From: Deltaproteobacteria bacterium
Lineage (GTDB): Bacteria; Desulfobacterota; Dissulfuribacteria; Dissulfuribacterales; UBA3076
DNA: 62,529 bases
Assembly (NCBI GenBank): GCA_003194495.1
Contig: PQXE01000001.1
Location: 79,248 to 141,776 of the forward strand
Reading direction: 5' to 3'
Positions 9,281 to 22,134 of this stretch are shown here, piece by piece (positions within the stretch are counted from its first letter, which is position 1; the number at the start of each line of letters is the position of its first letter). A program made the translations under genes and the position numbers. The notes below the pieces were generated by a model. It was not told the DNA's origin, searched no databases, and worked only from the letters and a program-made list of their open reading frames with translations.

Positions 9281-10112
9281 CTCTATATCCGGCATGAGAA
9301 AATTGGCCCTCAAGTGGAAACAGGAGGGGTTGTCTGTGGCCCTGGTTCCCACTATGGGCTTTTTCCATGAAGGCCACCTTTCCCTAATGAAAGCGGCTGG
9401 AAGCAAGGCAGACCATGTGGTAGTAAGCCTGTTTGTAAACCCTGCCCAGTTCGGCTCGAATGAAGACCTGAACCACTATCCAAGAGACCTTGAGCATGAT
9501 GCAAAGCTGGCTGAAGACAAAGGGGTTAGCTGCCTGTTTTGTCCGGATGCCAAAGATATCTATCCACCCGGTTTCCAGACATGGGTTCGGGTCGAAGGCG
9601 TAAGTCAGAGACTTTGTGGCACATCAAGGCCTGAACACTTCCGCGGTGTCGCCACAATAGTTGCCAAGCTCCTCATTATTGTACAGCCGGACATGGCAAT
9701 CTTCGGTCAAAAGGATTTTCAACAACTCCAGGTCATTCGCCGTATGGTGAGCGACCTGAATATACCGGTTAATATAATAGCCCATCCTATAGTCAGAGAA
9801 CCCGACGGTCTGGCAATGAGCTCCCGCAACACCTATCTTGATGCACAAGAGCGCGAATCGGCCCTTTCCCTTGTTCAGGCCATCCGGCTGGCTGAGAAAA
9901 TGGTGGCCCTGGGCAACCGGTCCGGTCCGGAAGTTATCCAAGCTATCAGAAACCACATCCAATCCTTTGGCAACACAAAGATTGACTATGTGTTTATCGG
10001 GGATCCTGAGAGCCTGAAGCCGTGCCGGGAAATTGTTGACGAAACCCTTCTCGCCCTGGCTGTATGGGTTGGAAAGACTCGTCTGATCGACAACACCTTG
10101 CTTAAACAGTAA
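9267..10112 (+). CDS. panC: pantoate--beta-alanine ligase
   Basis: VPTMGFFHEGHLSLM and FGQKDFQQ motifs; 281 aa. Confidence 0.95.
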   Translation: MKIINSISGMRKLALKWKQEGLSVALVPTMGFFHEGHLSLMKAAGSKADHVVVSLFVNPAQFGSNEDLNHYPRDLEHDAKLAEDKGVSCLFCPDAKDIYPPGFQTWVRVEGVSQRLCGTSRPEHFRGVATIVAKLLIIVQPDMAIFGQKDFQQLQVIRRMVSDLNIPVNIIAHPIVREPDGLAMSSRNTYLDAQERESALSLVQAIRLAEKMVALGNRSGPEVIQAIRNHIQSFGNTKIDYVFIGDPESLKPCREIVDETLLALAVWVGKTRLIDNTLLKQ

Positions 10113-10177
10113 AATACAAGTAAAGATACTTGCTTGCATATTAAATTGAGGAATTGAGGAATTAACGGACTAAAAAT

Positions 10178-10555
10178 ATGTTACGATCAATGCTTAAATC
10201 AAAAATCCATAAGACTACAATTACCGAGGCAGACCTCAACTACGAGGGAAGCATTACTATAGACTCCTGCTTGATGGAGGCTGCTGACCTTTTACCTTTT
10301 GAGCGGATAATGGTCTATAATATTTCAAATGGTAGCAGGTTTGACACCTATGTAATAGAAGGAGAAAGAGGCTCCGGCTCTATATGCCTTAATGGGGCTG
10401 CTGCCAGAAAAGGATCACCCGGCGACCTGATAATTATAGCATCCTATGGTTTGTATTCTAAAGACGAAATAGCCGGGGGCAAAAGCATTCTGGTCTGGGT
10501 AGATGCGAAAAACAAGCTGAAAGAGCGAACTGAAGTGCCGTGGCAATCTCCCTGA
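10178..10555 (+). CDS. panD: aspartate 1-decarboxylase
   Basis: [25 protein letters not shown] contains the G-S self-processing site. 125 aa. Confidence 0.95.
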   Translation: MLRSMLKSKIHKTTITEADLNYEGSITIDSCLMEAADLLPFERIMVYNISNGSRFDTYVIEGERGSGSICLNGAAARKGSPGDLIIIASYGLYSKDEIAGGKSILVWVDAKNKLKERTEVPWQSP

Positions 10556-10589
10556 TGTTTTTTTCCTCTTCCCCTGCTCTTTTTTCATA

Positions 10590-11873
10590 ATGAAAGTCTT
10601 TGCCATAAGCCTTGGTTGCCCCAAGAATACCATAGACACCGAGATAGCTCTGGGCTCTCTTGGTTCAACAAACTCAGGACTAAAGCTCACAAATAATCCT
10701 AAAGAAGCTGATTTGCTGATAGTAAACACCTGCGGATTCATAGAAGAGGCTGTGTCCGAATCCATAGATACAATTCTGGCAGTGGCAAGGGAAAAAACGG
10801 CAGGTCAGGTCCTTGTGGTTATGGGATGTATGGTTCAGAGATACGGCGACGATCTAAAAAAGGAACTGCCTGAGGTTGACATCTTTCTCGGCACAGGATC
10901 ACCCCAATCACTCGTAACGCTTATCGAAGACCGGACTGCACAACACCAGGTACAATCGCCGGACCCCAGGGTATTGACAACCCCTCCATGGAGGGCCTAC
11001 GTCAAGATCTCGGAAGGTTGCTCAAATCGATGCACTTACTGCCTGATTCCCATGTTAAGAGGCAATGAAACATCCCGTTCTGTTACGGAAATAGTGTCGG
11101 AGGTTAACTCGCTAGGCACAAAAGGGGTTAAGGAAATAACACTGGTGGCCCAGGATCTCACAGCTTACAGGAATGACGGAAAGACTCTTCCTGATCTGTT
11201 GGAAACTCTGGCCGGAGAAACGGATTTGCCGTGGTTTCGATTGCTCTATCTGCACCCGGGCAAAGTAAATATCAGACTTCTTGAGACCATTGCTGCAAAT
11301 ACTGCCATTTGTCCTTATCTGGATATTCCCATTCAACATGCAAGCACTAATGTTCTCAGGTCTATGGGAAGAAGATATGACATCAAGGTCCTTGAGGATT
11401 TAATGTCTCGGATAAGCAACTTGCTCCCCCATGCTGCTGTTAGAACAACGGTTATGGTGGGGTTTCCCGGGGAAACCGAAGAAAATTTTCAAAAATTAAG
11501 GGGTTTTGTGGAAAAGTGGGAGTTTGAGCACCTTGGTTGTTTTGTATATTCTGATGAAAAAGAGTGTATGGCAAACAAATTACCTGGAAAAGTAACTCCA
11601 GAAACAGCAATGGCCCGAAAAGATGATATTATGAATATTCAAGCCGGGATATCCAGAGATAAAAATTCATGTATGGTCGGCAGGGTTGAACAAGTACTTG
11701 TTGAAGGACAAAGCTCTGAAACAGAGCTTCTTTTAGCTGGGAGAACCAGACATCAAGCCCCTGAGATTGACGGGATAGTATATATAAACGAAGGGACCGC
11801 TGGTTGCGGAGAGATAGTATCTGTTAGAATAACAGATTCTCATATCTATGACCTGGTGGGTAAAATTATATAG
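10590..11873 (+). CDS. rimO: ribosomal protein S12 methylthiotransferase
   Basis: N-terminal MTTase domain (SLGCPKN), radical SAM motif CSNRCTYC, and a C-terminal TRAM-like domain. Confidence 0.88.
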   Translation: MKVFAISLGCPKNTIDTEIALGSLGSTNSGLKLTNNPKEADLLIVNTCGFIEEAVSESIDTILAVAREKTAGQVLVVMGCMVQRYGDDLKKELPEVDIFLGTGSPQSLVTLIEDRTAQHQVQSPDPRVLTTPPWRAYVKISEGCSNRCTYCLIPMLRGNETSRSVTEIVSEVNSLGTKGVKEITLVAQDLTAYRNDGKTLPDLLETLAGETDLPWFRLLYLHPGKVNIRLLETIAANTAICPYLDIPIQHASTNVLRSMGRRYDIKVLEDLMSRISNLLPHAAVRTTVMVGFPGETEENFQKLRGFVEKWEFEHLGCFVYSDEKECMANKLPGKVTPETAMARKDDIMNIQAGISRDKNSCMVGRVEQVLVEGQSSETELLLAGRTRHQAPEIDGIVYINEGTAGCGEIVSVRITDSHIYDLVGKII

Positions 11874-12069
11874 TTCCCTCCTTTACGAGCTTTGCAAACA
11901 ACTCAAAGCTCCTGTCATAGGTACGCTCTGCCTCTGATGGAAAACAGCAGGCCGGGAGCTGACGCCTTTTTAGGTGATATTGTATACACTCGCAACAGAT
12001 ACCCTTTTTAGGACAGGGTTCATATGTACAGTTGCACCTTTTTATGTTTTCTTCCTTTTGACACTCCAT
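11866..12069 (-). CDS. small cysteine-rich protein (DUF6485-like)
   Basis: [43 protein letters not shown]. Its 3' end overlaps rimO convergently by 8 nt. Confidence 0.55.
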   Translation of the reverse strand: MECQKEENIKRCNCTYEPCPKKGICCECIQYHLKRRQLPACCFPSEAERTYDRSFELFAKLVKEGTI

Positions 12070-12099
12070 CAAAATATCCCTTTATGAACCTCTCATGAT

Positions 12100-14523
<2,424 letters not shown>

Positions 14524-14546
14524 CTAAATTGATAATCCTCTTTACT

Positions 14547-14596
14547 GTAAGCGTTCACAGAACACCGCATCTGAGCAGTAATTCCGTGAACGGTTA
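14547..14596. mobile_element. family A repeat, short form (A3)
   Basis: GTAAGCGTTCACAG...CCGTGAACGGTTA termini around a ~20-nt core that shares ACACCGCATCTG with A1/A2. Confidence 0.6.
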
Positions 14597-14597
14597 G

Positions 14598-14796
14598 GCA
14601 TCCTTCACGACAAGTCAAAAGTAGTTTACACTTTGTTGATCTTATATATTGGCAGTGAAATTTGAAACTCGAAATTGGGAAAAATACAAAGATGTAGATG
14701 CGTTACCTAATTTCTAATTTTCAGTTTCAATATCGGCATTCAATTTGATAATAAACGTTTTTTCGAAAAAAGTTTAAACTGGTGAATGAAGGATAC
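14598..14796 (+). mobile_element. MITE-like repeat, family C, copy C1
   Basis: About 200 bp. It is the reverse complement of 61818..62015, roughly 85% identical by eye. Ends are GCATCCTTCA.../...TGAATGAAGGAT, and internal GAAATTNGAAATT palindromes are present. Confidence 0.8.
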
Positions 14797-14805
14797 CAAC
14801 GATTA

Positions 14806-15948
14806 CTATTTATTTTCTTCATTAACAAGATTCATAGGCATTATTAATCCTAAAAATCCAACATCTTCATTACCTCTCAGCAGACATGGAGATTCCGGGT
14901 TATTGGCAGTTAATTCTACCCTGTCCGAATCCATTACAGATAAGGCATCCATAAGATATTTTGCATTAAAAGCCATTTCAAATGGTTCTCCATGATAATT
15001 TATATCAATAGTTTCTTTTGCTTCCCCAATCTCCTTATATAATGACTCTATTTCAATTAATTCTGGTGTAACACTAGCTTTAACTCCTCTGAAAGTAGTA
15101 TCGGAAGAGAGAATTGATATACGCTTTAGTGCATTAAATACCTCTAATCTATCAAAGGTTAAGTAACGGTCTTTACTTTTTGGTATTATATCACGATAAT
15201 CTGGAAATTTGCCTTCGACCAATCTTATTACCAGATAATCATTACCACACGTAACAAAACAGAAGTTATTATCAATACCCCAAACCATTCTTTCTTGACC
15301 TTCTATAATTTTCCTTATTTCTTGAGCCCCTTTTCTTGGAATAATGACTCCTTGCGCAAGGCCCAGTCCCTTTTCCGGAATATGTTTTTCCATCAGGCTG
15401 AGCCTGTGGCCATCCGAACTTACCATACGTATTTGCGATTTTCCTTCTTCATCCTGTTCTTCCTCAAAATATATACCAGAAAGACTGTATTTACGATCAT
15501 CATAAGATGAAGAAAATATTGTCTTTTCGATCATCTCTTTTACAATTGAAGCTTCTAAATCAATGGCGTTTTCATTGCTTATATGTCTAAATCTCGGAAA
15601 ATCATCAGGAGCTAGTCCTCCAATCTTGTATTCGGCTTTCTCATTAGCTCCAATTTTCAACCAAGTATTTTTATATTCTTCAAAAAATATCTCTTCAGAT
15701 GGAAATTCTTTGACTATTTCATAAAATTTTCGTGCATTAATAGTAATAGCCCCTTGATCTGTAACTAAACAAGGAATTTTACTCTTGTAACTTATTTCTA
15801 AATCAGTAGCTTCAATAAATAAATGATCTTCGTCCGTATAAATAAATACGTTATTAATAATAGTCATTGTAGTTTTTTTATCTACAATAGTCTGAATATT
15901 GGAAAGAGGATTCAGAAAATCAGATTTTTTAACTGAAAATTTTAGCAT
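14806..15948 (-). CDS. dnaN: DNA polymerase III beta sliding clamp
   Basis: 380 aa with DnaN-like layout throughout (MLKFSVKKSDFLNPL..., C-terminal LIMPMNL). Noticeably AT-rich. Confidence 0.93.
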   Translation of the reverse strand: MLKFSVKKSDFLNPLSNIQTIVDKKTTMTIINNVFIYTDEDHLFIEATDLEISYKSKIPCLVTDQGAITINARKFYEIVKEFPSEEIFFEEYKNTWLKIGANEKAEYKIGGLAPDDFPRFRHISNENAIDLEASIVKEMIEKTIFSSSYDDRKYSLSGIYFEEEQDEEGKSQIRMVSSDGHRLSLMEKHIPEKGLGLAQGVIIPRKGAQEIRKIIEGQERMVWGIDNNFCFVTCGNDYLVIRLVEGKFPDYRDIIPKSKDRYLTFDRLEVFNALKRISILSSDTTFRGVKASVTPELIEIESLYKEIGEAKETIDINYHGEPFEMAFNAKYLMDALSVMDSDRVELTANNPESPCLLRGNEDVGFLGLIMPMNLVNEENK

Positions 15949-16189
15949 ATTATTACTCCATTTATAGAAAAAAAGATAAAGTTAATAAGTGCTGTTATTT
16001 TTGTTTAAAAAGAATTTAATTAATTGATATTATATGAAAATAATATGTAAAAAAACTTTTTTATAATTATTATTAAATGTTTAAAAAAATGATATGATTA
16101 TTTATTAAAGAAAAACTAACAATTTTTTAACAAGAAACTAACAAAACCAATTTTGCATATTTGAAAAAGATGCTTTATCCTGGTTAGCT

Positions 16190-16268
16190 ACCCAGCGGGT
16201 TTATCCTGTTGAATCCCCAAGGGGGGCAGCAAAGCTGCATCAATAGGGTAATGTCGTAATAGCAAATG
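16190..16268 (+). repeat. family B repeat fragment (B4) containing the palindromic core
   Basis: GTTGAATCCCCAAGGGGGGCAGCAAAGCTGCATCAAT...GTAATAGCAAA matches the core of 32373..32590. Confidence 0.6.
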
Positions 16269-16286
16269 TCACAAAGGTACCATAAA

Positions 16287-17426
16287 ATGAAAGATTTTTC
16301 CAATGAATTGATCAAAATTATTCGTAATAAAGTAAAGGACTCTGGGCCAATAACATTCAAGGATTTCATGGAGATGGCCCTCTATCATGAGAAGTATGGA
16401 TATTATTCCGGATCGTATTTTCCTATCGGGAAAAAGGGGGATTTTATCACAAGTCCGCATACACATTGTCTCTATGGTGCATTACATGCGAAACAAATAG
16501 AGGAATTCTGGGAGATATTAGGTCGTACGCCTTTTACAATTGTAGAGATGGGAGCTGGAGCCGGATATCTTGCAAAAGATATTTTATCTTATTTGTCAAA
16601 CAGGGAAATTTTTAATTTGATTAATTATATAATAGTAGAACATAAGTCCGAAACAGCCTCTTACCAGCGAGAGCTTTTGAAACCATTTATTAATAAAATC
16701 AGTTGGGTAAGCAAACTTTCAGATTTGGATTCTGTTAAAGGTTGTATTATTTCAAATGAGCTTTTAGATGCTTTTCCTGTCCATCTTATTCAAAAGGAGG
16801 CGTCAGGTTTTAAGGAAATATGTTTAGACTTCAAGGAAGATGGTAGTCTTATTGAGATGTTCGCAGACTTGAGCAGTCCCAAACTGGTAGAATACGCAAA
16901 GGCGCTTCCTTTAGATCTTCCTGATGGTTACCATACAGAAGCAAATCTTGGTATCATGAAATGGATTTCAGAATTAGCGGGTATAATTTCTGAGGGATTT
17001 GTGGTTACAATAGATTATGGACATACGAGAAAAGAGTATTTCCATCCAGGAAGAAACAGAGGGACCCTTTTGGCGTATATGAATCATAGTGTAAACGAAG
17101 AGTTATATGAAAGGGTGGGTGAGCAGGATTTAACAGCACATGTTAACTTCAGTGATTTACATAGATGGGGAAAGGAAGTCGGTTTTTCTACTCTTGGATA
17201 TGCCCCTCAGTGGGCTTTTTTGGCCGGACTCGATTTTGAGGAGACCTTTCTGGAACTTTCAGATGGAAAATTTGATCCGTTTTCTCCAGAGTTGGCTGCG
17301 GTAAAAATGTTATTATTGCCTCAGGGAATGGGAGAGTCCCATAAGGTTCTGGTGCAAGGAAAAGGAATTCCTTCAAATTTGGTTTTAAAAGGATTTTCTT
17401 TAAAGAATATTATGAAGAGGCTTTAA
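16287..17426 (+). CDS. SAM-dependent methyltransferase, MidA/NDUFAF7 (DUF185) family
   Basis: ITFKDFMEMALYHEKYGYY, DFITSP, and VEMGAGAGYLAKDIL (SAM-binding GxGxG). An alternative start lies at 16266. Confidence 0.8.
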   Translation: MKDFSNELIKIIRNKVKDSGPITFKDFMEMALYHEKYGYYSGSYFPIGKKGDFITSPHTHCLYGALHAKQIEEFWEILGRTPFTIVEMGAGAGYLAKDILSYLSNREIFNLINYIIVEHKSETASYQRELLKPFINKISWVSKLSDLDSVKGCIISNELLDAFPVHLIQKEASGFKEICLDFKEDGSLIEMFADLSSPKLVEYAKALPLDLPDGYHTEANLGIMKWISELAGIISEGFVVTIDYGHTRKEYFHPGRNRGTLLAYMNHSVNEELYERVGEQDLTAHVNFSDLHRWGKEVGFSTLGYAPQWAFLAGLDFEETFLELSDGKFDPFSPELAAVKMLLLPQGMGESHKVLVQGKGIPSNLVLKGFSLKNIMKRL

Positions 17427-17431
17427 AAAAA

Positions 17432-18052
17432 ATGAGTCGGTTTGATCTAGCCATATTTGATTGCGACGGGGTACTCCTGGATTCCAGAGAGGCTAATAGG
17501 GCATATTATGATGCAATACTTGAGGAATTCGGTCGCGGGTCAATGAATGATAAAGAACTATCCATTGTACATATGCGCACGGCCGAGGAATCTGTAAAAT
17601 ATTTATTCAGAGATGATTTGGCAGTTCAGAAAGAAGCCTTGGTTTATACTCAGACCCTGGATTACACCAGTTTTCTTGATTGTTTGATTATGGAGCCCGG
17701 AGTCGGCAACACAATAGAATCCATTAGACCACCAATGTTGACTGCTGTATCTACAAACCGTAGCACCACAATGTCAGCGGTTATCGAGATGTTCGGATTG
17801 GATAAATGGTTTGATATTATTGTTTGTGCCATTGATGTGAATAATCCCAAACCAGACCCGGAAGGCGTATTTAAAATATTAGAGACATTGGGGGTTGAAA
17901 AAGATCGAGCTATCTATATAGGGGATTCTGTTGTGGATGAAATGGTTGCTTATAGAGCTGAAATTCCCTTAATTGCCTATAAAAACAGGAACCTAAGAGC
18001 AATGTTTCACGTGGAACATTTTGATCAGATAAAAACAATCCTCTCTGATTAG
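17432..18052 (+). CDS. HAD-superfamily hydrolase (phosphatase)
   Basis: DCDGVLLDS motif I, TNR motif II, and a C-terminal GDSVVDE motif. Confidence 0.85.
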   Translation: MSRFDLAIFDCDGVLLDSREANRAYYDAILEEFGRGSMNDKELSIVHMRTAEESVKYLFRDDLAVQKEALVYTQTLDYTSFLDCLIMEPGVGNTIESIRPPMLTAVSTNRSTTMSAVIEMFGLDKWFDIIVCAIDVNNPKPDPEGVFKILETLGVEKDRAIYIGDSVVDEMVAYRAEIPLIAYKNRNLRAMFHVEHFDQIKTILSD

Positions 18053-18170
18053 GAAATTGGAAATTGGAAATTTGGCTTTCATGTTTTTGTACTCAGATAA
18101 TACGATCATCCGATAGCCGCGGTTGTTCTGAACCTTTTTATTAATCTCTTAAACCTTCAGCTATGCTGAT

Positions 18171-18318
18171 GTAACCGTTCACACTCCCTGGCAGCCGACA
18201 GGCTTTTGCAGGGTTTCAACTGCGGACAAGGTTGCACCAAAAGGCGTATTCTCAATGGATTGTGCTTTGAAACCCGAAAAAGGCTGTTGGCTGTCAGGAG
18301 GGGGAAGTGAATGATTAC
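18171..18318. mobile_element. MITE, family A-type termini (A4), with 8-bp target-site duplication
   Basis: Termini are GTAACCGTTCACACTCCCTGGCAGCCGACAGGC... and ...GCTGTTGGCTGTCAGGAGGGGGAAGTGAATGATTAC, which are long inverted repeats. ATGCTGAT occurs directly on both sides (18163-18170 and 18319-18326). Confidence 0.85.
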
Positions 18319-18420
18319 ATGCTGATAGTCCCAGCTTTGCTATGCGGGTAAGTGGGAGTATTTTTTCACCTTATCCGAATTTCCAATTTCAGGTTTCAAG
18401 TTTCAAGGCGCTAACGCTCA

Positions 18421-20518
<2,098 letters not shown>

Positions 20519-20555
20519 TTCGTAACCGTTTACGGGTTCAGGGTTATTTTTCTTC

Positions 20556-20640
20556 TAGCGAAGCTGCATTCAACAGGGTGAAATGTAATAAGCAGAACAT
20601 CCTGTAATCATTAAACTAATCGCTTAATTTACGACATACT
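20556..20640 (+). repeat. family B repeat fragment (B5, right half)
   Basis: TAGCGAAGCTGCATTCAACAGGGTGAAATGTAATAAGCAGAACATCCTGTAATCATTAAACTAATCGCTTAATTT matches the right half of 32373..32590. Confidence 0.6.
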
Positions 20641-20658
20641 AAATGTCATTGTGTAAGG

Positions 20659-20847
20659 TTAACCAAAAACGCAGATTCTCTCACGATCAAGGCTTTTATA
20701 TTGTACAGCTTCCGACAAATGAGCCATGGTTACGGTAGTTGATTCCTCAAGATCCGCAATAGTTCTTCCTATCCTATGGAATGCTCTTGCGCTCAAGGCC
20801 GGTTTGTTTGCGACCGTCTCCAGAAACGACCTGTTTTCTTCTGACAA
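20659..20847 (-). pseudogene. C-terminal fragment of a ComM/YifB Mg-chelatase-like ATPase
   Basis: LSARAFHRIGRTIADLEESTTVTMAHLSEAVQYKSLDR matches the conserved ComM C-terminus. No upstream ATPase part is found in any frame. Confidence 0.55.
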
Positions 20848-21194
20848 TTGGGAAAATAATAGACATGAACCGAATATTCAACACCATCCGAATATTCTGG
20901 AATTTTTAGGGTATTGCCCTTACGACTTTATCGCATCCACCAAGGACGTTCCTATGAAAAACTGGGCAACCTTCATTAGTTCCTTTCACGGCCGGAGTGT
21001 TTCCTCGCCCGCATCTCGTACGCCGCGAGATATCAAATAACCCAATGGAGTTGCGATCACGACTGCAATGAGTGCAGAAACCTTCCAACCCCATGGGAAA
21101 GCGTGCGGAAGTGCCAGTGGAAAAGGAGCGATAAACAATGAAGTTGCATGTCGCCAGAATCATAAAAACGGAGGCGACCATGTTCAGTTACGGC

Positions 21195-21797
21195 TCAAAA
21201 GCTGGTTCGGGCTTCCAGGGCTTTTTGCAATGTCATTTGATCTGCGTATTTTAAATCCATACCCATAGGTATGCCGCAGGCGATCCGGGCAACTTGTACC
21301 CCGCACTTTTTCAGGCTGTCAGCCAGAAATGCCGACGTGGCCTCTCCGGCAACAGTGCTGCTTGTTGCAAGTATTACCTCTTTTATACCTTCTTTTTGTA
21401 TACGTTCGAGGAGTTGCCCAATTTTAAGCTGATCCGGTCCAATCCCTTCCATTGGTGCAAGGACCCCGTGCAGCACATGGTAGCGCCCCCTGAAGGCCCC
21501 TGCCTTTTCCAGGGCCAGCAAGTCTCCAGGGTCTTCCACTACACAGACCACAGAGGTATCCCTTTTGGGGTCGGCACAAACAGGACATGGGTCCTGCTCG
21601 GAAAAAGTAAAACAGACAGAGCATAATCCTATCTTGTCGTGAAGCTCTGCAATGGACCTCACCAGTTCCTGGGCTTGGGCCTTTGGCCACCTCAATATCT
21701 GAAGGGCAAAGCGTATGGCAGTCTTTTCACCGACTCCTGGAAGTCTTTCCAGGTTCTTAATAAGCCTGCTAAGGGCAGGTGGAAAAGCAGAGGACAT
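21195..21797 (-). CDS. recR: recombination protein RecR
   Basis: LPGVGEKTAIRFA helix-hairpin-helix, CSVC..CPVC zinc finger, and a Toprim domain. Confidence 0.95.
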   Translation of the reverse strand: MSSAFPPALSRLIKNLERLPGVGEKTAIRFALQILRWPKAQAQELVRSIAELHDKIGLCSVCFTFSEQDPCPVCADPKRDTSVVCVVEDPGDLLALEKAGAFRGRYHVLHGVLAPMEGIGPDQLKIGQLLERIQKEGIKEVILATSSTVAGEATSAFLADSLKKCGVQVARIACGIPMGMDLKYADQMTLQKALEARTSF

Positions 21798-21806
21798 CTA
21801 AAAATA

Positions 21807-22121
21807 TCAGAACATCCCAGGCAACTTGAGGCCGCCTGTCAGCTTTGCCATTTCTCCTTCTACCATCTCTTTAGACCGGGACAGTGCGTCATTTACCGCT
21901 GCCACTACAAGATCCTGCAACATTTCCACATCTTCAGGGTCCACCACTTCTTTTTCAATGGCTATTGATACTATTTCCGGCTTTCCGTTAGCAACGGCCT
22001 TAACCATTCCGCCTCCTACAGAGGCTTCTATCTCCTTTGTGGCCAGCTCACTTTGGAGTTGTCCCATCTTGGCCTGGAGGCGTTGGGCCTGCCTCATCAT
22101 TTCCTTCATGTTTGGCTGCAT
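21807..22121 (-). CDS. ybaB: YbaB/EbfC nucleoid-associated protein
   Basis: 104 aa (MMRQAQRLQAKMGQLQSEL...GGGMVKAVANG). It sits in the canonical dnaX-ybaB-recR order. Confidence 0.9.
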   Translation of the reverse strand: MQPNMKEMMRQAQRLQAKMGQLQSELATKEIEASVGGGMVKAVANGKPEIVSIAIEKEVVDPEDVEMLQDLVVAAVNDALSRSKEMVEGEMAKLTGGLKLPGMF

Positions 22122-22134
22122 TATATAACTCCTT

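Noticed and set aside
10121-10165. Tandem ATTGAGGA repeat and small hairpin between panC and panD.
   Set aside because: There are only two short units overlapping a probable RBS region (GAGGA), which is insufficient to call a regulatory element.
20906-21181. 91-aa ORF with a lipobox-like N-terminus (ILATC) between the comM stub and recR.
   Set aside because: It is an Arg/Cys/Gly-rich translation without motifs and overlaps other equally poor ORFs on both strands. The lipobox match is imperfect.
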